This document shows positions 10,234 to 21,800 of a stretch of 64,000 nt of DNA, in pieces (position 1 is the first letter of the stretch; each line of letters begins with the position of its first letter). The stretch comes from Bugula neritina (Eukaryota > Animalia > Bryozoa). The translations under genes and the position numbers were made by a program. The notes beneath the pieces were generated by a model. The model saw only the letters and a list, made by a program, of their open reading frames with translations, made no database searches and had not been told where the DNA came from. The DNA is taken from the NCBI GenBank assembly GCA_964035545.1, contig OZ037768.1:12657675-12721674 (forward strand), written 5' to 3'.

Positions 10234-13200
10234 TTTCTCCCACTCCGTTGGGGCTAGCCCAATACGGTTTCAAGCGAGACTCATTCTGGATAGACACCTG
10301 TCCTGAGCGCTCAATCTTGTACGTATGATTGGGCATAGCCTCGACGACCACGTAGGGGCCTACGAACTTAGGCTTCAGTTTATCAGCCTGTCCGCGACGC
10401 CTACGGTAATTGACCATCCACACCTTATCTCCCGTTTGATCTAGAGGTGGTTCATCGGAATCTTCGTGCCGCACCTTCCACTGCTGTTGACGCAGTATAT
10501 CGTGTGCGGCCTTCATCCGTTCCACTAGTTCACTGGCATACTCGTGAACCGAGTTGTCTTGCTCTGGAACGTGATAGGTGAGATGGTCAGGGACACGAGT
10601 CTCTCTCCCGAGCATCAAGAGGTTTGGGGTCTCACCAGTACTGGTGTGTGGGGTGCTACGGTATGCACGCATGACTTGCGGCAACACCGTATCCCATTCC
10701 TCTTGACCTCGTCCAAGGAGGAGACTCCGGAGTGCATCACCTAGCATCCGGTTGTTGCGCTCCACCACCCCGTTACCTTGAGGGTGGTAGGGGGTGGTCC
10801 TGCTCTGATTTACTCCCCAGAGGTGGCAAAGGTCGCTCATCAGTTGAGACTGGAATTGAGCGCCTTGATCAGAGTGTATCTGTTCGGGAAGCCCAAAATA
10901 ACAGAATACATGTTGGTCTAGTGCCCTGGCCACTGTTGGGGCTGATGCATCTGGGATAGCCAGAGCATCCGCCCACCTAGTAAAGTGGTCGGTTAGTACT
11001 AGGATCCAATTATTGCCTCTAGGGGTCAGGGGCATGGGTCCGACCAGGTCTACAGCGACTACTTGCCAGGGCCTACCAGCATATAGCCTCCGCCGTCCTG
11101 CTTCACCAGGGGGGCGGCTATGCTTACTGGCCTGGCAGATCTCACACTGTTTGACTCTGAGCCGGACGTCACGCTCCATCTGCGGCCAATACCACCGGAG
11201 TCGTAATTTGGATATCACTCGCTTGATCCCTGCGTGGGCCTGCTTGTGAGTATCCCAAATCAACTCACGGTGGATGGCTGTGGGGCAGACTACCCTCTTC
11301 CTTTCCGGGTGTCTGCCGCTGGCGGCTAAAGAGATGGTTAGCAACCCATCCTGCCCGATCCGCAGCGAGTCCCAACGCTGACAGTATAGCCGGAACTCGG
11401 CGCATCCCTGTCGTATGCGTTCCTCGCTGGGTCGTCGCCCTTCCCTTTTAGCCCGGTATATGTCTGCCACAACTCCAGGCAGCTCTTCTTGGAGCTTCTT
11501 CAGCTCTCGAACATTACCGGCCAGTACAGGGTTGGCGCGGAGGTTTTGTACATCCTCCGGGGACTCATCAACTCTTTGCCTGAGTTGACCTTGATCCCAG
11601 TCAAACGGTGCTCCGTGATGAGCCAGCGTCTCCAACTCGCATCGTGGGGGACCTCCATCCCTCCTCTCGATGTTGAGACACTGTTTGCAACCTCCGTCAG
11701 GTTGGCGACTCAACCCATCCGCATTGCTGTGTCTCTTGCCCGGTCGATGTTCGATCCGGTATGAGAATTCAGCTAGGATTTCGAGCCACCGGGCGACCTG
11801 ACTAGAGGGCTCTGCTCTCCTGCACAACCAGATCAGCGAGGCATGATCCGTACGCAGCCGGAACTTCCTGCCATATAGGTATGGTCTGAAGTGCTTCACT
11901 GACTTGATTACTGCCAGCAGCTCCTTGCGGGTAGTGCAGTAATTTCGTTCAGCGGGAGAGAGAGACTTGCTGTAGTAGGCTACTACTACCTCTCGGCCTT
12001 CCTGCACTTGTGACAGCACAGCGCCAACATTCTGGTCACTGGCGTCCGTGTCTAGGATGTACTCCAGAGTGGGGTCTGGGTAGGCCAAGATGGGCGCCGT
12101 TAGTAGGCAGCCCTTGAGGCGGTCGAACGCTTCTTGTTCGACTGGAGTCCACTGCCACGTCACTCCCTTTGCGGTGAGCCGGTTTAACGGCTGGGCTATG
12201 CCCGCAAAGTCTGGTATGTATTGTCTGTAATACCCTACCAGCCCCAAGAAAGCCCGGAGTCCGGTCAGGTCTTGGGGGGTGACCCAGTCTTCTACTGCCC
12301 GCACCTTTTCGGGATCCGTTGCCACGCCGTTTCGACCGACAACGTGCCCCAGGTACTTGACCTCCGGCTGCAATAGAGCGCACTTGGAAGGTTTGAGCTT
12401 AAGACCGGCACCTCGGAGTCTCTCGAAAACCTCCTGCAGACGACTGACATGTGTCTCGAAGTCTGGAGAGATTACGATGACATCATCGAGGTAGACCAGC
12501 AGTGTCTTCCAATGGAGTCCGCTAAGGACTTGTTCCATCAGCCTCTGGAAGGTGGCTGGGGCGGAGGTTAACCCGAAGGGCAGCACCTTCCACTTCCACA
12601 AACCGTCCTGTGTGATAAACGCCGCTTTCTCTTGGGCGTCGGGACTCAGAGGAACCTGCCAATAGCCGCTTAGCAAGTCTAACGTACTGAAGTACTTGCT
12701 GCCGGCTAGGGCGTCCAATGACTCGTCAATACGAGGTAGAGGGTAGGCGTCCTGTATGGTTACGCTATTGAGTTTGCGGTAGTCCACACAGAACCGCCAA
12801 CTGCCGTCTTTCTTCCGGACCAGTACGACTGGCGAGCTCCACGCACTATGGGCGGGCTCTATCAGTCCCCGGTCCAGAAGATCCCGTACTTGTCGGCTAA
12901 CCTCCTTCTCTTTCTCCGGCCCCAGCCTGCGCGTGGGCTGCCGGACAGGGACTGTCCCTGCAGTCAGCGGTATTTCGTGTCTGACAATTCCAGTCAGTCC
13001 CACGTCATGCTCTCCGCTGCTGAACACATCACCGTAGTCGCGTAGTAACTTGGCCATAGCTTGGCGTTCTCTGTTACTCGCGCAGCCGCCACTGGCTGTT
13101 TCGTATAACTCCTGGAGATGTGTTGGGACTGCCCCTCGTCCCTGAATAGGGTGTCGAGGGGGTGCCTCCGTCGCGTCACCCAGCGACGGGCCCACGTCCT

Positions 13201-14209
13201 CTTCCTGGACGGAATGGAACCGGCCCAGCATTGACCCAGCTGGGAGCTCAATGGGCTCGGTAAAGGGGTTGACGCACTGCACTAAGACCTCCCCTCGCTC
13301 AGTTAGTCGGTTTAAACTACTGGCGAGTTGGATCCTTTCGTGCGCGCTTTCAACGACCCCGAGCCTGGCTATCCGGTTGCTGTTCACTCGGCAGTGGATA
13401 GTAGCTCTGGAGCGTCCGCGTACGGTGCAGTTTCGAACTACCTGAACACCGCCCACCAGAGGACGCCCAAACTTATCCACACAGGCGAGTTCTCGCCCGC
13501 CCATCAGCACCACCGACTTACTAAAATCTATTCGGCACTGGTGTTGCTTCAAGAAGGGCATTCCGAGGATAGCATCTTCCTCCAGTTGACCTATGATAAA
13601 GGTCTCCTGTACAGCCTGATCTCGGACACGCCCAGGGAGCTCGATAATACCATAAAAGGGGATACATGACCCGTCTGCCAGGGTGCCATGTTCTCCAGTA
13701 TACGGTCGTACTCTATCCCTGTCCCGGCGGGGCAGTGCCTCAAAGACTCTACGACTGAGAAGGTTGGTAGTACAACCGGAGTCGAGCAGAAAAGTGACGG
13801 CGTTGCCAGCCACCTTTCCGGGTAGGAAATAGCTCTCTCCATGTGGTTGTACTTTCACCCCTCCCGCATGTGCTGTCCTGGATTGACAGGACGGCGGGGG
13901 TTTCACCCGTGATTTACGGGGCTTCCGGCGGCGAGGTTGGTGCCGGCGGGGTTTGGGGCTCTCCACTGGGCCTTCTGGCTCCATTTCAGTGGCGGGCTCC
14001 TCTTCCCGAGGTAACCGGTGAAACCGGTTAGCGAGTGGCAGGGAGAAGGTACTGGGCCGTTGTGCGGGCCTACTAGTCCTGCGTGGTACCTGCCACTCGG
14101 GTGGAATGTTCCGCCGTGTCCGTACGGACAGACGACGGCGTGTTCCACCATACTCATTTAGTTGCGGCCCGCGGGGAGGGAGAGTGTCCGCGGGCCGTGA
14201 CAGTTTAAC
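10169..14209 (-). CDS. pol: Gypsy pol (protease, RT, RNase H, integrase), expressed by -1 frameshift from gag
   Basis: LLDSGCT, LPFGL, YLDD, TDAS/ELLAV/TDH, HHCC, D-D-E, GPY. The frame is open without stops from the slippery site at 14209 to the Met at 13984. Confidence 0.95.
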   Translation of the reverse strand, partial: VKLSRPADTLPPRGPQLNEYGGTRRRLSVRTRRNIPPEWQVPRRTSRPAQRPSTFSLPLANRFHRLPREEEPATEMEPEGPVESPKPRRHQPRRRKPRKSRVKPPPSCQSRTAHAGGVKVQPHGESYFLPGKVAGNAVTFLLDSGCTTNLLSRRVFEALPRRDRDRVRPYTGEHGTLADGSCIPFYGIIELPGRVRDQAVQETFIIGQLEEDAILGMPFLKQHQCRIDFSKSVVLMGGRELACVDKFGRPLVGGVQVVRNCTVRGRSRATIHCRVNSNRIARLGVVESAHERIQLASSLNRLTERGEVLVQCVNPFTEPIELPAGSMLGRFHSVQEEDVGPSLGDATEAPPRHPIQGRGAVPTHLQELYETASGGCASNRERQAMAKLLRDYGDVFSSGEHDVGLTGIVRHEIPLTAGTVPVRQPTRRLGPEKEKEVSRQVRDLLDRGLIEPAHSAWSSPVVLVRKKDGSWRFCVDYRKLNSVTIQDAYPLPRIDESLDALAGSKYFSTLDLLSGYWQVPLSPDAQEKAAFITQDGLWKWKVLPFGLTSAPATFQRLMEQVLSGLHWKTLLVYLDDVIVISPDFETHVSRLQEVFERLRGAGLKLKPSKCALLQPEVKYLGHVVGRNGVATDPEKVRAVEDWVTPQDLTGLRAFLGLVGYYRQYIPDFAGIAQPLNRLTAKGVTWQWTPVEQEAFDRLKGCLLTAPILAYPDPTLEYILDTDASDQNVGAVLSQVQEGREVVVAYYSKSLSPAERNYCTTRKELLAVIKSVKHFRPYLYGRKFRLRTDHASLIWLCRRAEPSSQVARWLEILAEFSYRIEHRPGKRHSNADGLSRQPDGGCKQCLNIERRDGGPPRCELETLAHHGAPFDWDQGQLRQRVDESPEDVQNLRANPVLAGNVRELKKLQEELPGVVADIYRAKREGRRPSEERIRQGCAEFRLYCQRWDSLRIGQDGLLTISLAASGRHPERKRVVCPTAIHRELIWDTHKQAHAGIKRVISKLRLRWYWPQMERDVRLRVKQCEICQASKHSRPPGEAGRRRLYAGRPWQVVAVDLVGPMPLTPRGNNWILVLTDHFTRWADALAIPDASAPTVARALDQHVFCYFGLPEQIHSDQGAQFQSQLMSDLCHLWGVNQSRTTPYHPQGNGVVERNNRMLGDALRSLLLGRGQEEWDTVLPQVMRAYRSTPHTSTGETPNLLMLGRETRVPDHLTYHVPEQDNSVHEYASELVERMKAAHDILRQQQWKVRHEDSDEPPLDQTGDKVWMVNYRRRRGQADKLKPKFVGPYVVVEAMPNHTYKIERSGQVSIQNESRLKPYWASPNGVGETPPVVRAQEADNDARVTAAWT

Positions 14210-15024
14210 GCCCCCTGGTATTGGGGTCGTCCTTTCTGTCCCTGGTCCTGATCAGCGCTACTCCAGCCCTGCCCCACAGGTGTTGGGGGCACCCGCAGGG
14301 CCTGACCGGGGCCAGCACCGGCCAGAATGGTTACCAGTTGTCCCAGCATCTCTACCATACGGTCCACTTCGGCTTCCAGCGGGAGGGCTTCGGAGCCTGT
14401 CGTAGCCCTGGCAGCGCTGACTCCAACTACTGGTGGGTTCCTTTGTGCTCGATGCATTTGGGTAGCCAACAGGTAAGCTTCTCCAGCTTTCAGGGCATCC
14501 TCTATTCTGGTTATCCCTTTAGCTCGTAGGTGATGGTCTAGGCCCAGGTCGTTTAGTGACTGGACAAAGGCGTCATAGGTGTAACGCTCTTGGTGTTGTG
14601 CTGGCAGATCGCTATATGCAATCTGCGCCAGCTTCTTCACCGTCGCGGCATGTTCTTGCAGCGAGGTCCGCGGGGTGCGGCACAATCTCTCTAGCTTGGT
14701 CCTAGCGTCTATTACAGAGGTGCCAAAACGGGCCCGCAGCGCAGCCAGTATCCCGTCTACGTCCGTTCCCACTCCGGACGGCTTGGCTTGCTCCGTCACC
14801 GCTCTCCGCAATTGAATAAGGGCCACTCTATGCGGCCATTGAGCAACTTCCATTACCTCTCTAAATTCTTGTATAAATTGTTCGACATCTTCCGACCCAG
14901 TAAAGGAGGGAGCTTTCAAGCAATGTCTATAAGCTTCTTCTCCTTCACGATTCACAGGATTAACAGCATTTCTACGCTCACCTTCTACTGGGGGTGGTTG
15001 CATTCTAGCATTTTCAGTCTCCAT
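14158..15024 (-). CDS. gag: Gypsy gag (capsid-like; no CCHC knuckle visible)
   Basis: 288-aa ORF immediately after the PBS; FTGSEDVEQFIQEF...W...ALRARFG...LQEHAATVKKLAQIAY capsid-like pattern. Confidence 0.85.
   Translation of the reverse strand: METENARMQPPPVEGERRNAVNPVNREGEEAYRHCLKAPSFTGSEDVEQFIQEFREVMEVAQWPHRVALIQLRRAVTEQAKPSGVGTDVDGILAALRARFGTSVIDARTKLERLCRTPRTSLQEHAATVKKLAQIAYSDLPAQHQERYTYDAFVQSLNDLGLDHHLRAKGITRIEDALKAGEAYLLATQMHRAQRNPPVVGVSAARATTGSEALPLEAEVDRMVEMLGQLVTILAGAGPGQALRVPPTPVGQGWSSADQDQGQKGRPQYQGALNCHGPRTLSLPAGRN
14165..14209 (-). promoter_or_regulatory. -1 programmed ribosomal frameshift signal
   Basis: G_TTA_AAC in gag frame (14209-14203), 5-nt spacer, perfect 10-bp GC stem CGGCCCGCGG/CCGCGGGCCG with a 13-nt loop; pol is in the -1 frame. 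Confidence 0.8.
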
Positions 15025-15038
15025 CTTTGATATACACT

Positions 15039-15056
15039 ATCCCACCGCTGCCACCA
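15039..15056 (-). promoter_or_regulatory. Primer binding site, tRNA-Leu
   Basis: TGGTGGCAGCGGTGGGAT, 1 nt inside the 5' LTR, complementary to the 3' end of eukaryotic tRNA-Leu (ATCCCACCGCTGCCA-CCA). Confidence 0.88.
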
Positions 15057-15057
15057 C

Positions 15058-15363
15058 TGTTATAGTTTTCAGATTTAGGGTTGATGTGTCACCAAGAGAG
15101 TCTATTTATCACTAGAGAAACTTCACCGAGTTAAGTCGAGTAGATATCGTTATATTTTAATACAAGAATACATAATAAAATCTAATGTACAACAGTAATG
15201 ATACGCATGTCTATTTAATTTACAGCACTATCCTCAACTGAGCTAGTAGCGCGAAGCGGCTACTATTACTTATAAAACAGCCTAGCTAATTGGCTAATAC
15301 ATTGTTCCGGGTCAATACGCAACCTTGCGTATTGTGTTGCTGGTAGCTCCACGAGCCACCACA
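15058..15363 (-). repeat. 5' LTR of element 2
   Basis: Direct repeat of 7919-8224, followed by TSD CTAT. Confidence 0.95.
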
Positions 15364-16043
15364 CTATTTGAGTACTTGCAGTTATTGTATTACATTATAT
15401 ACACTATCTGTCATCTCAGTATGGATATAGTACTATCACTTATTTTATAAAGACCAGTTTCTCTTTAGTATTAATCCAAAACATTCCATCCAGCTGGCTG
15501 GTGATGGTCAAGCCGGTAGTTTGTATAAGACTGAGATTCGTAACACTCAGCTCTCTAATGACTATATTCTTCCAGAAAAGATTTGCTACCCCCAAACATC
15601 TCTCGTTACATGTAAATCTACTTTGTTGAACTTATATTCACATTCACATTGAGGTTGGAAAATGTTACTTGCATTTGTTGTTCTGTTTTCTTCAGTGATG
15701 TTCCAAATTTCCCAATTACTAAAACTCGTTCTGGAATTACTTTTAATTTATTGAGTATTTATTTCATGCAAACCTTACCCTAACTGATGATTGAAGTCCG
15801 AAAGTCTCTGAATAACCCTAATATAACTCTTGCAGTTTAAGTATATTAACACTCAACATAGCTTCATGACAACAATGCTTTCTGTAAAAATGTACACAAA
15901 TAAAGATGATGTCATACAACAATGGTATTCTAGATTCAATTTAGTAATTGTTTAAATCCACTATTACTCTAGCTTCAATATAATATAATAGGACTCAGTG
16001 GCAAACATTTTTGTTTTGTAAAAAATTGATGCAAATTTGCTGC

Positions 16044-16049
<6 letters not shown>

Positions 16050-16110
<61 letters not shown>

Positions 16111-16565
16111 ATATAGTGAAACGAGCATAAGAAATTGTAATAAACAGTGCAGAATGTCACTGGGGTAGGTTGTTGCAATGCTTAGTCTCCAGGCATGTTG
16201 TGCTATGCCCCCCCCCTGTTCCTATGCTTACTTGGAGCCACGCTTATGTGTCGGTATCAAGCAACTGCATGTATTATGGTCAAACTGAATTATGGCATTC
16301 ATTTGTGCCCCATGTGGTACTTCCCCTCGTGGGCGCCGGAAGGTGTTGGTTATATACAAGAGCTCAACTCTGATTGGTCGACCTATATTCTATTTGTTAT
16401 TATGCATATTAATTGGCAGGTTGTGGCATGTAGCAACGACATGACTATGAGTGGAGAAGGCATGACTTGGAGTTGTCTTTCCTGGGCATAAACTATCGCG
16501 TCATGTTTAGCAGGGGACACAGGTTGTTATACTTCCGCTGGCCATAACGTTATTCACCAACATAA
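16050..16565. repeat. (TA)n microsatellite plus unclassified dispersed repeat
   Basis: The same TA-anchored repeat recurs, with an internal deletion, at about 47778-48165. Confidence 0.6.
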
Positions 16566-17070
16566 TATTATGATATGGGGACAAAGCATTGAATTTTGGA
16601 TTTTTTGCTCTCATTCGTCTGATTTCGAAGTTACTAGTTCAATAATCTCTAGTCCTAATGCTGCATCTGTTGTCTATTACAGGTATCAGTTTGTTGTTTC
16701 TATCTCTCTCACAACTTTCATAATGAAATTTTCATGACGAAAAAAACCGGCCCATTGTGCCCCAGTACCGGGGTACAATTGACCACTGGGTGGGACACAA
16801 CAAATATATTGAAACTTTGCAAATTTTGTTCCATCTGATTTATATCTATTTAATATTACAAATAAATGAAAATATTCTTTCAGATCTACAGCAAAATTCA
16901 TGTTCTAGCTGTACCTACAGTTTGTGCCACCACTGATAGCAGAGGAAGGCTAAATCAAACGCACATTACTCGGTTCTACGGTGTCATTATCATTACTGTT
17001 TATAAACTGAAAATGTTTTTTCATTTTCACTTCAGAGGAAATTTCATCAGAAAAAAACTTTAGTAACATA

Positions 17071-17399
17071 TGTTATAATTTTGCCAATTATAATATTTAG
17101 GGTGGATCCTGTGTGCAACTGTGTTCTCTTTAGATGAAGGTCACAATAACTTCACAGAAGATACGTGATAAAAGACCATATTTAACTATATAGATACAAG
17201 AAACATAAAAAATACATTTAACATCCACAATACTCTCACAAGTCTACTTAACCTACTATCTCTATTCCTGTACTACTCTGAACTAACTAGCTATATAAAA
17301 CTGTCTGGAAGCGTTCTGCTCCGCAGGGAGTAGTCACGTGCTTCAACACGATTGATTATGGTGCACGTGTATGATTAGTACGCTTCGCTGGCCACTACA
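17071..17399 (-). mobile_element. Solo LTR (Gypsy-like, third family)
   Basis: TGTTATAATTTT...CCACTACA with 4-bp TSD CATA on both sides; termini resemble the LTRs of elements 1 and 2. Confidence 0.75.
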
Positions 17400-18859
17400 C
17401 ATATGCTACAATAATATTCCAATGGACTTCTTTCTATGAACTGTAGCTAAGGGGCATGGCTTCGGTTTAAGTGACTGGAGTACGGAAGGGAGAGGGCGGA
17501 GCAAATGAGCAATCCACAATTTATTTTAGTGAAATACATGTATATTCCTTCAATGATATAATATATAGTGAATATCATGACTATCTACTAGTAGCAACAG
17601 CAGAGTGTTTTGTATTATGCATAGAATGGCAAATCTCTAACCTCACCAGATGTATATATTACAGGAGCTTCACCTTGTAGTTTTGCAGTCTTACCATGAT
17701 GTCTTTGATATTTTACAAAACGGTTTAAAATGGCTATATCTATAGACTTTAGTAACATTTCAACGAACCTTTTGGGCAAACAAACTAGTAACAGTGATCA
17801 GGGTGCAATTGTGCCTCATGTGGCCAAATGGAAAATAAATGTGCCTCAAAGAAAATTTATTTTAAAGTTTTCTGTTATACTTGTTAAGTGATGTAGAGAC
17901 AAGATATGGCAACAATATCAGTAAAATCTAGGCTTGTTGCCTTTGAGTGTAAACAGTTATAAAGCTTTAACTACATCTAAAAAAATTTGCAAAAAGTAGG
18001 TAAAAACAGTTTTTCACTCGCCTTTTCAACATGTATGTTCCGCAAGTGTTGAAAATACAATGGCTGAATAATTATGTCAATACCTTTTTTATGAAAAAAA
18101 TCACAACTCGAAGTCAATGAGTTCTCTCACAATTTGGACGGCTTTTGTACCCCTGTGACCGTTGTGGCTGGTTGGCAAGTTTTTATAATATTCGTTTTCA
18201 TCCCTCACTAACTTGTGGTAAAATGTATAATCAGTGTGGTTGACTATGCTTATCAACATTACATGAACCAGGGATTTATGTGGAATACTTAATCAACAAC
18301 AAAGTATGTTTTGGTGTACACTTTATATGTGTGTATTGAATGAGGAAAATAATTTTACCCTCAGGTATATTGCACAGACTATTACACACTATTGCTGCTC
18401 TATATTATACATATGTGATTATGTGTGATTACGCAAGAAAATGTATATAATTACACAAAAATGCTTTAAATAGACAAATATAGGTGAATATAGGTAAAAT
18501 ATTAAAGCAAGCAGTATACACTCAACAAGTATTTAGAAGTAAACATTGGTAAAACACTTGAAATTAGTATCAAAACCAAAGATTTTAGTTTGTTTGATGC
18601 CAACTTCGTAGTCAAATATGTTTTGAAGTTCCCCTTTATGTTGGAGAATAAGAATCATAACAACTTGATGACTAGAGAAGGTATCGAGGCCCAAAGCATT
18701 GAATAAAGCACACTTCATTTTATATCACAAAAGTAGTTTGAGAGCTAAGAACTTATTCTTTTTCAATGCAACATAATTAATATTTATATATAGCAGTTAA
18801 TAATAATAATGTCTTTTATATAGTTTTCTATATAATCTTCACATAATACTTTTAAAACT

Positions 18860-21800
18860 TCAGAAGTCAGAAGTATTTTCCCTTTTCGCTTTTGAGACGA
18901 AAGCACAATATCGGCGCAGCCTCGCTGTAACAATTCTTGTCATATTCTTTTCTGCTATTCTGTCCAAAGTCTCAACGTCTAAAGAGCACATAACATATAT
19001 CAGATTAGTTATGTATTAAAGTTTTCTTGCTATGCTTTGATACAAGTTTACAATCCTAATATTTTTATATAAAGAGGGACGATATATTAATAGTGCTACT
19101 ATTTGAAGTGTAAGCAGAAGCTAGTTTCACTTTTCTGATCATCTTGCATGTTACTATTAGCTTCAAAAGATATCAGAGATGTTCTTAAAAAAGACTACTC
19201 AATGAATATAGTGGCTATACCCATAGCCAGCTGCATTAACTAGAAGAAGGAAGCATTTCGAGGCAGTGAACAGTTGAGATTGTTTATACACTTCTGAAGG
19301 TATTAAAGTCTGGAGACATGCTAGACAGTTAATATAAATTTGTATAAATACCAGCATGTGACATGCTATAACAACCTGTTTCTATACCTGGTAACTTTAC
19401 ATTGCTTGTGAAAATAACAGCTCTTCAATACTGATGAATCGTAGGGTGTTGACAGCTCAAAATTGGCAAAAGCTAAAGTTGATAACAAAGTTTACTATTT
19501 AATACTACATACCACAAAGGCTGTCATTCACTGTCTGCTTATGTTCCTGCCATGTTACACCATCATCACTTGCGATGACAATGGTTTCCTGTCCATCTTG
19601 ACTAGCAGCAACATCTATTATGACAGGACTGAAAAGGAAAAACACAGGTGCCAATTTTAGAAAACAGTTATACTTTTTACATGCACTGTGTTTGAATAAA
19701 GGTGTAATAAGGTTTAATGAAAACATGAAAAAGTAATAAAAATGATATAAAGATTTTCAGTTTCGCCCACTAAACTCAATGACAAGTGTGTGAATAAAAA
19801 TTACCCAATAAAGGTAGCACAAGCAGGTTCTAGAGAGAGAATGGGGGAAATGACAGATTCACTGTTATGAAGAGAGGGCATCACTCTTTTCTCAAGGAGA
19901 CGGCACACAATCCTCATTGGTTCGGTTGCCACACCAGGTGGGATGGTAAAATGCACTTTCTCTCGGCATCCCTGGAAGACTCCTCCTCTGGCATCCACCA
20001 GGAAACTGATACGGAATCTAAAGTGAGATGCATATACCATGTGAACAGAGCTGATAATGAAGTAGCTGGTTGTGTAGCGTTTGTGTGTGTGGGCGTGTGT
20101 TGTTATTGCAGTAGCAGTTTTCTTATATATATAGAAAAGCTTCTACTGTAATTATTAAAATAAACCCAATAGAAACGAGTAATGTTTAGCAACAGTTTTA
20201 ACTGCAACAATTCTTCCAAGTTAGTTATCATTACCTTTTCAATTTGAGCTTCTCACTACAAATAAAGAAAAAAAAACTGATTTTATAGAACAAATTTACA
20301 AAATGTCTTTCATAAACCGCTTTTGAACTACGTACAGCCAAAGAATGAGAAACATGCTCATTGCATTTCTTGTCTATGTGATATATAGAAAAAATAGATC
20401 AACTTGCTTCACATATAGATGGGTACATTATATACTAAACGTACTTAGTGACTCCAGAGTTTTTACTTTTCATTGAATTGTCAGAGTGTAAATCCTCCTG
20501 AGAATGAAGTGTGCTGTGGGCCCTCTCACAAGTTTTTCTCTTTTTCAGAGTAAATACACTCTTGCATTTGAGGCCTAAAATGAATAGAATAAACTACTAG
20601 TATGGGTGCGTGTGGGTGTTTGTGGGTGTTTGTGGGTGTTTGTGGGTGTGTGCGTGTGAGTCGCTGCGTGTTCGTAAAGAACTGATATATATTTACATAC
20701 ATTGATGGCTAAATTATAGCTTGGAACTCACTAGGCCTCTAACAATAAAGTAAAATTAGCTATGGGTTTTACCATTATGCAAAACCATAAATTAGTAATC
20801 TTCGATTCGAAAAATTCTTAACAATTTAATTTTGCAAATAATTGCCAGTATGAAACAAAGTAATTGGTGAGTTAATAATCAGATCCTTACCAGCAGAGGC
20901 GATGCTACGTAAAGCCCGCCTTATTTTTCCTGTTCGAGGTTTTGTCTCAACGCTCTGCATACCATACACCTACAAGGGAATTATTGCATTGCTATTGTAC
21001 AATCACACTAAATATACATTTTCATAGGTAGACACTTTAATAGGCGTTTATAATATATATAATAATGAAATTATGCACTCCTAATATACTAATTCAACAT
21101 TCATAACGCTGTGACCAATTTATTAAGTGAAGAGTGCCTAACTAAAAAACCAGTAACTATAAAAGGTCCTAAATAAACAGAATAATTGAAAATTTATCAT
21201 TCTTTTGGCAGTTACACTGGTTCACACAAAATTAACGACTTGTATATCTCAATGCTTAGCGATAATTGACCAAAAACAGAACTGACATGCATTGGGAAAA
21301 CGCTTATATCAAAATGAGTAAAATGATGCACGTTTAGCTCATGACTTAGAAATAGACTGTGATCCAGATAAACACTAGACGGAGCCAGATTGACTACTAA
21401 TTTCCTCACATGTTCAATCAGTTTGAGGGACAAAATTTAGAAATGCTTTGATCAACTCATTGACTAATGGCCCAGAAGATGTTGTGGCAATGTTTTGCTG
21501 AGACAAAATTAAATGTCAGACTAAGTCAATGTGAACACAAAATTAACACACAATCAAATATGTTTAGTCCAATATAAGTTGCAATATTGAACACTACAAT
21601 GTTATGATTCTAATATCAAACTGTAGATGATGTTATAACAGATAATGTAAAGGCAATGTCTACTTTTGCTTCATGTTTTGACAGAGATTTTACCATATTT
21701 ACCTGACCACTATGTCTCTCAGCTTTAGAGGTTGTAGGGAGACTAGCACCATACTTCAAGAGAATCTCTGCTGTGAGAGCATGGTTTTTCTCCCTGCACA

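Larger units (their letters stand above)
7919..15363 (-). mobile_element. Full-length Ty3/Gypsy LTR retrotransposon, element 2
   Basis: 306-bp LTRs at 7919-8224 and 15058-15363 (2 mismatches seen), 4-bp TSD CTAT, PBS, PPT, gag-pol-ORF3. The empty paralogous site is visible near 46545. Confidence 0.97.

Noticed and set aside
10544-15030. Many short antisense or alternative-frame ORFs in the Gypsy elements, including 13903-14157 in frame after the gag stop
   Set aside because: Expected shadows of GC-rich coding sequence; pol is reached by the -1 frame, not by readthrough.
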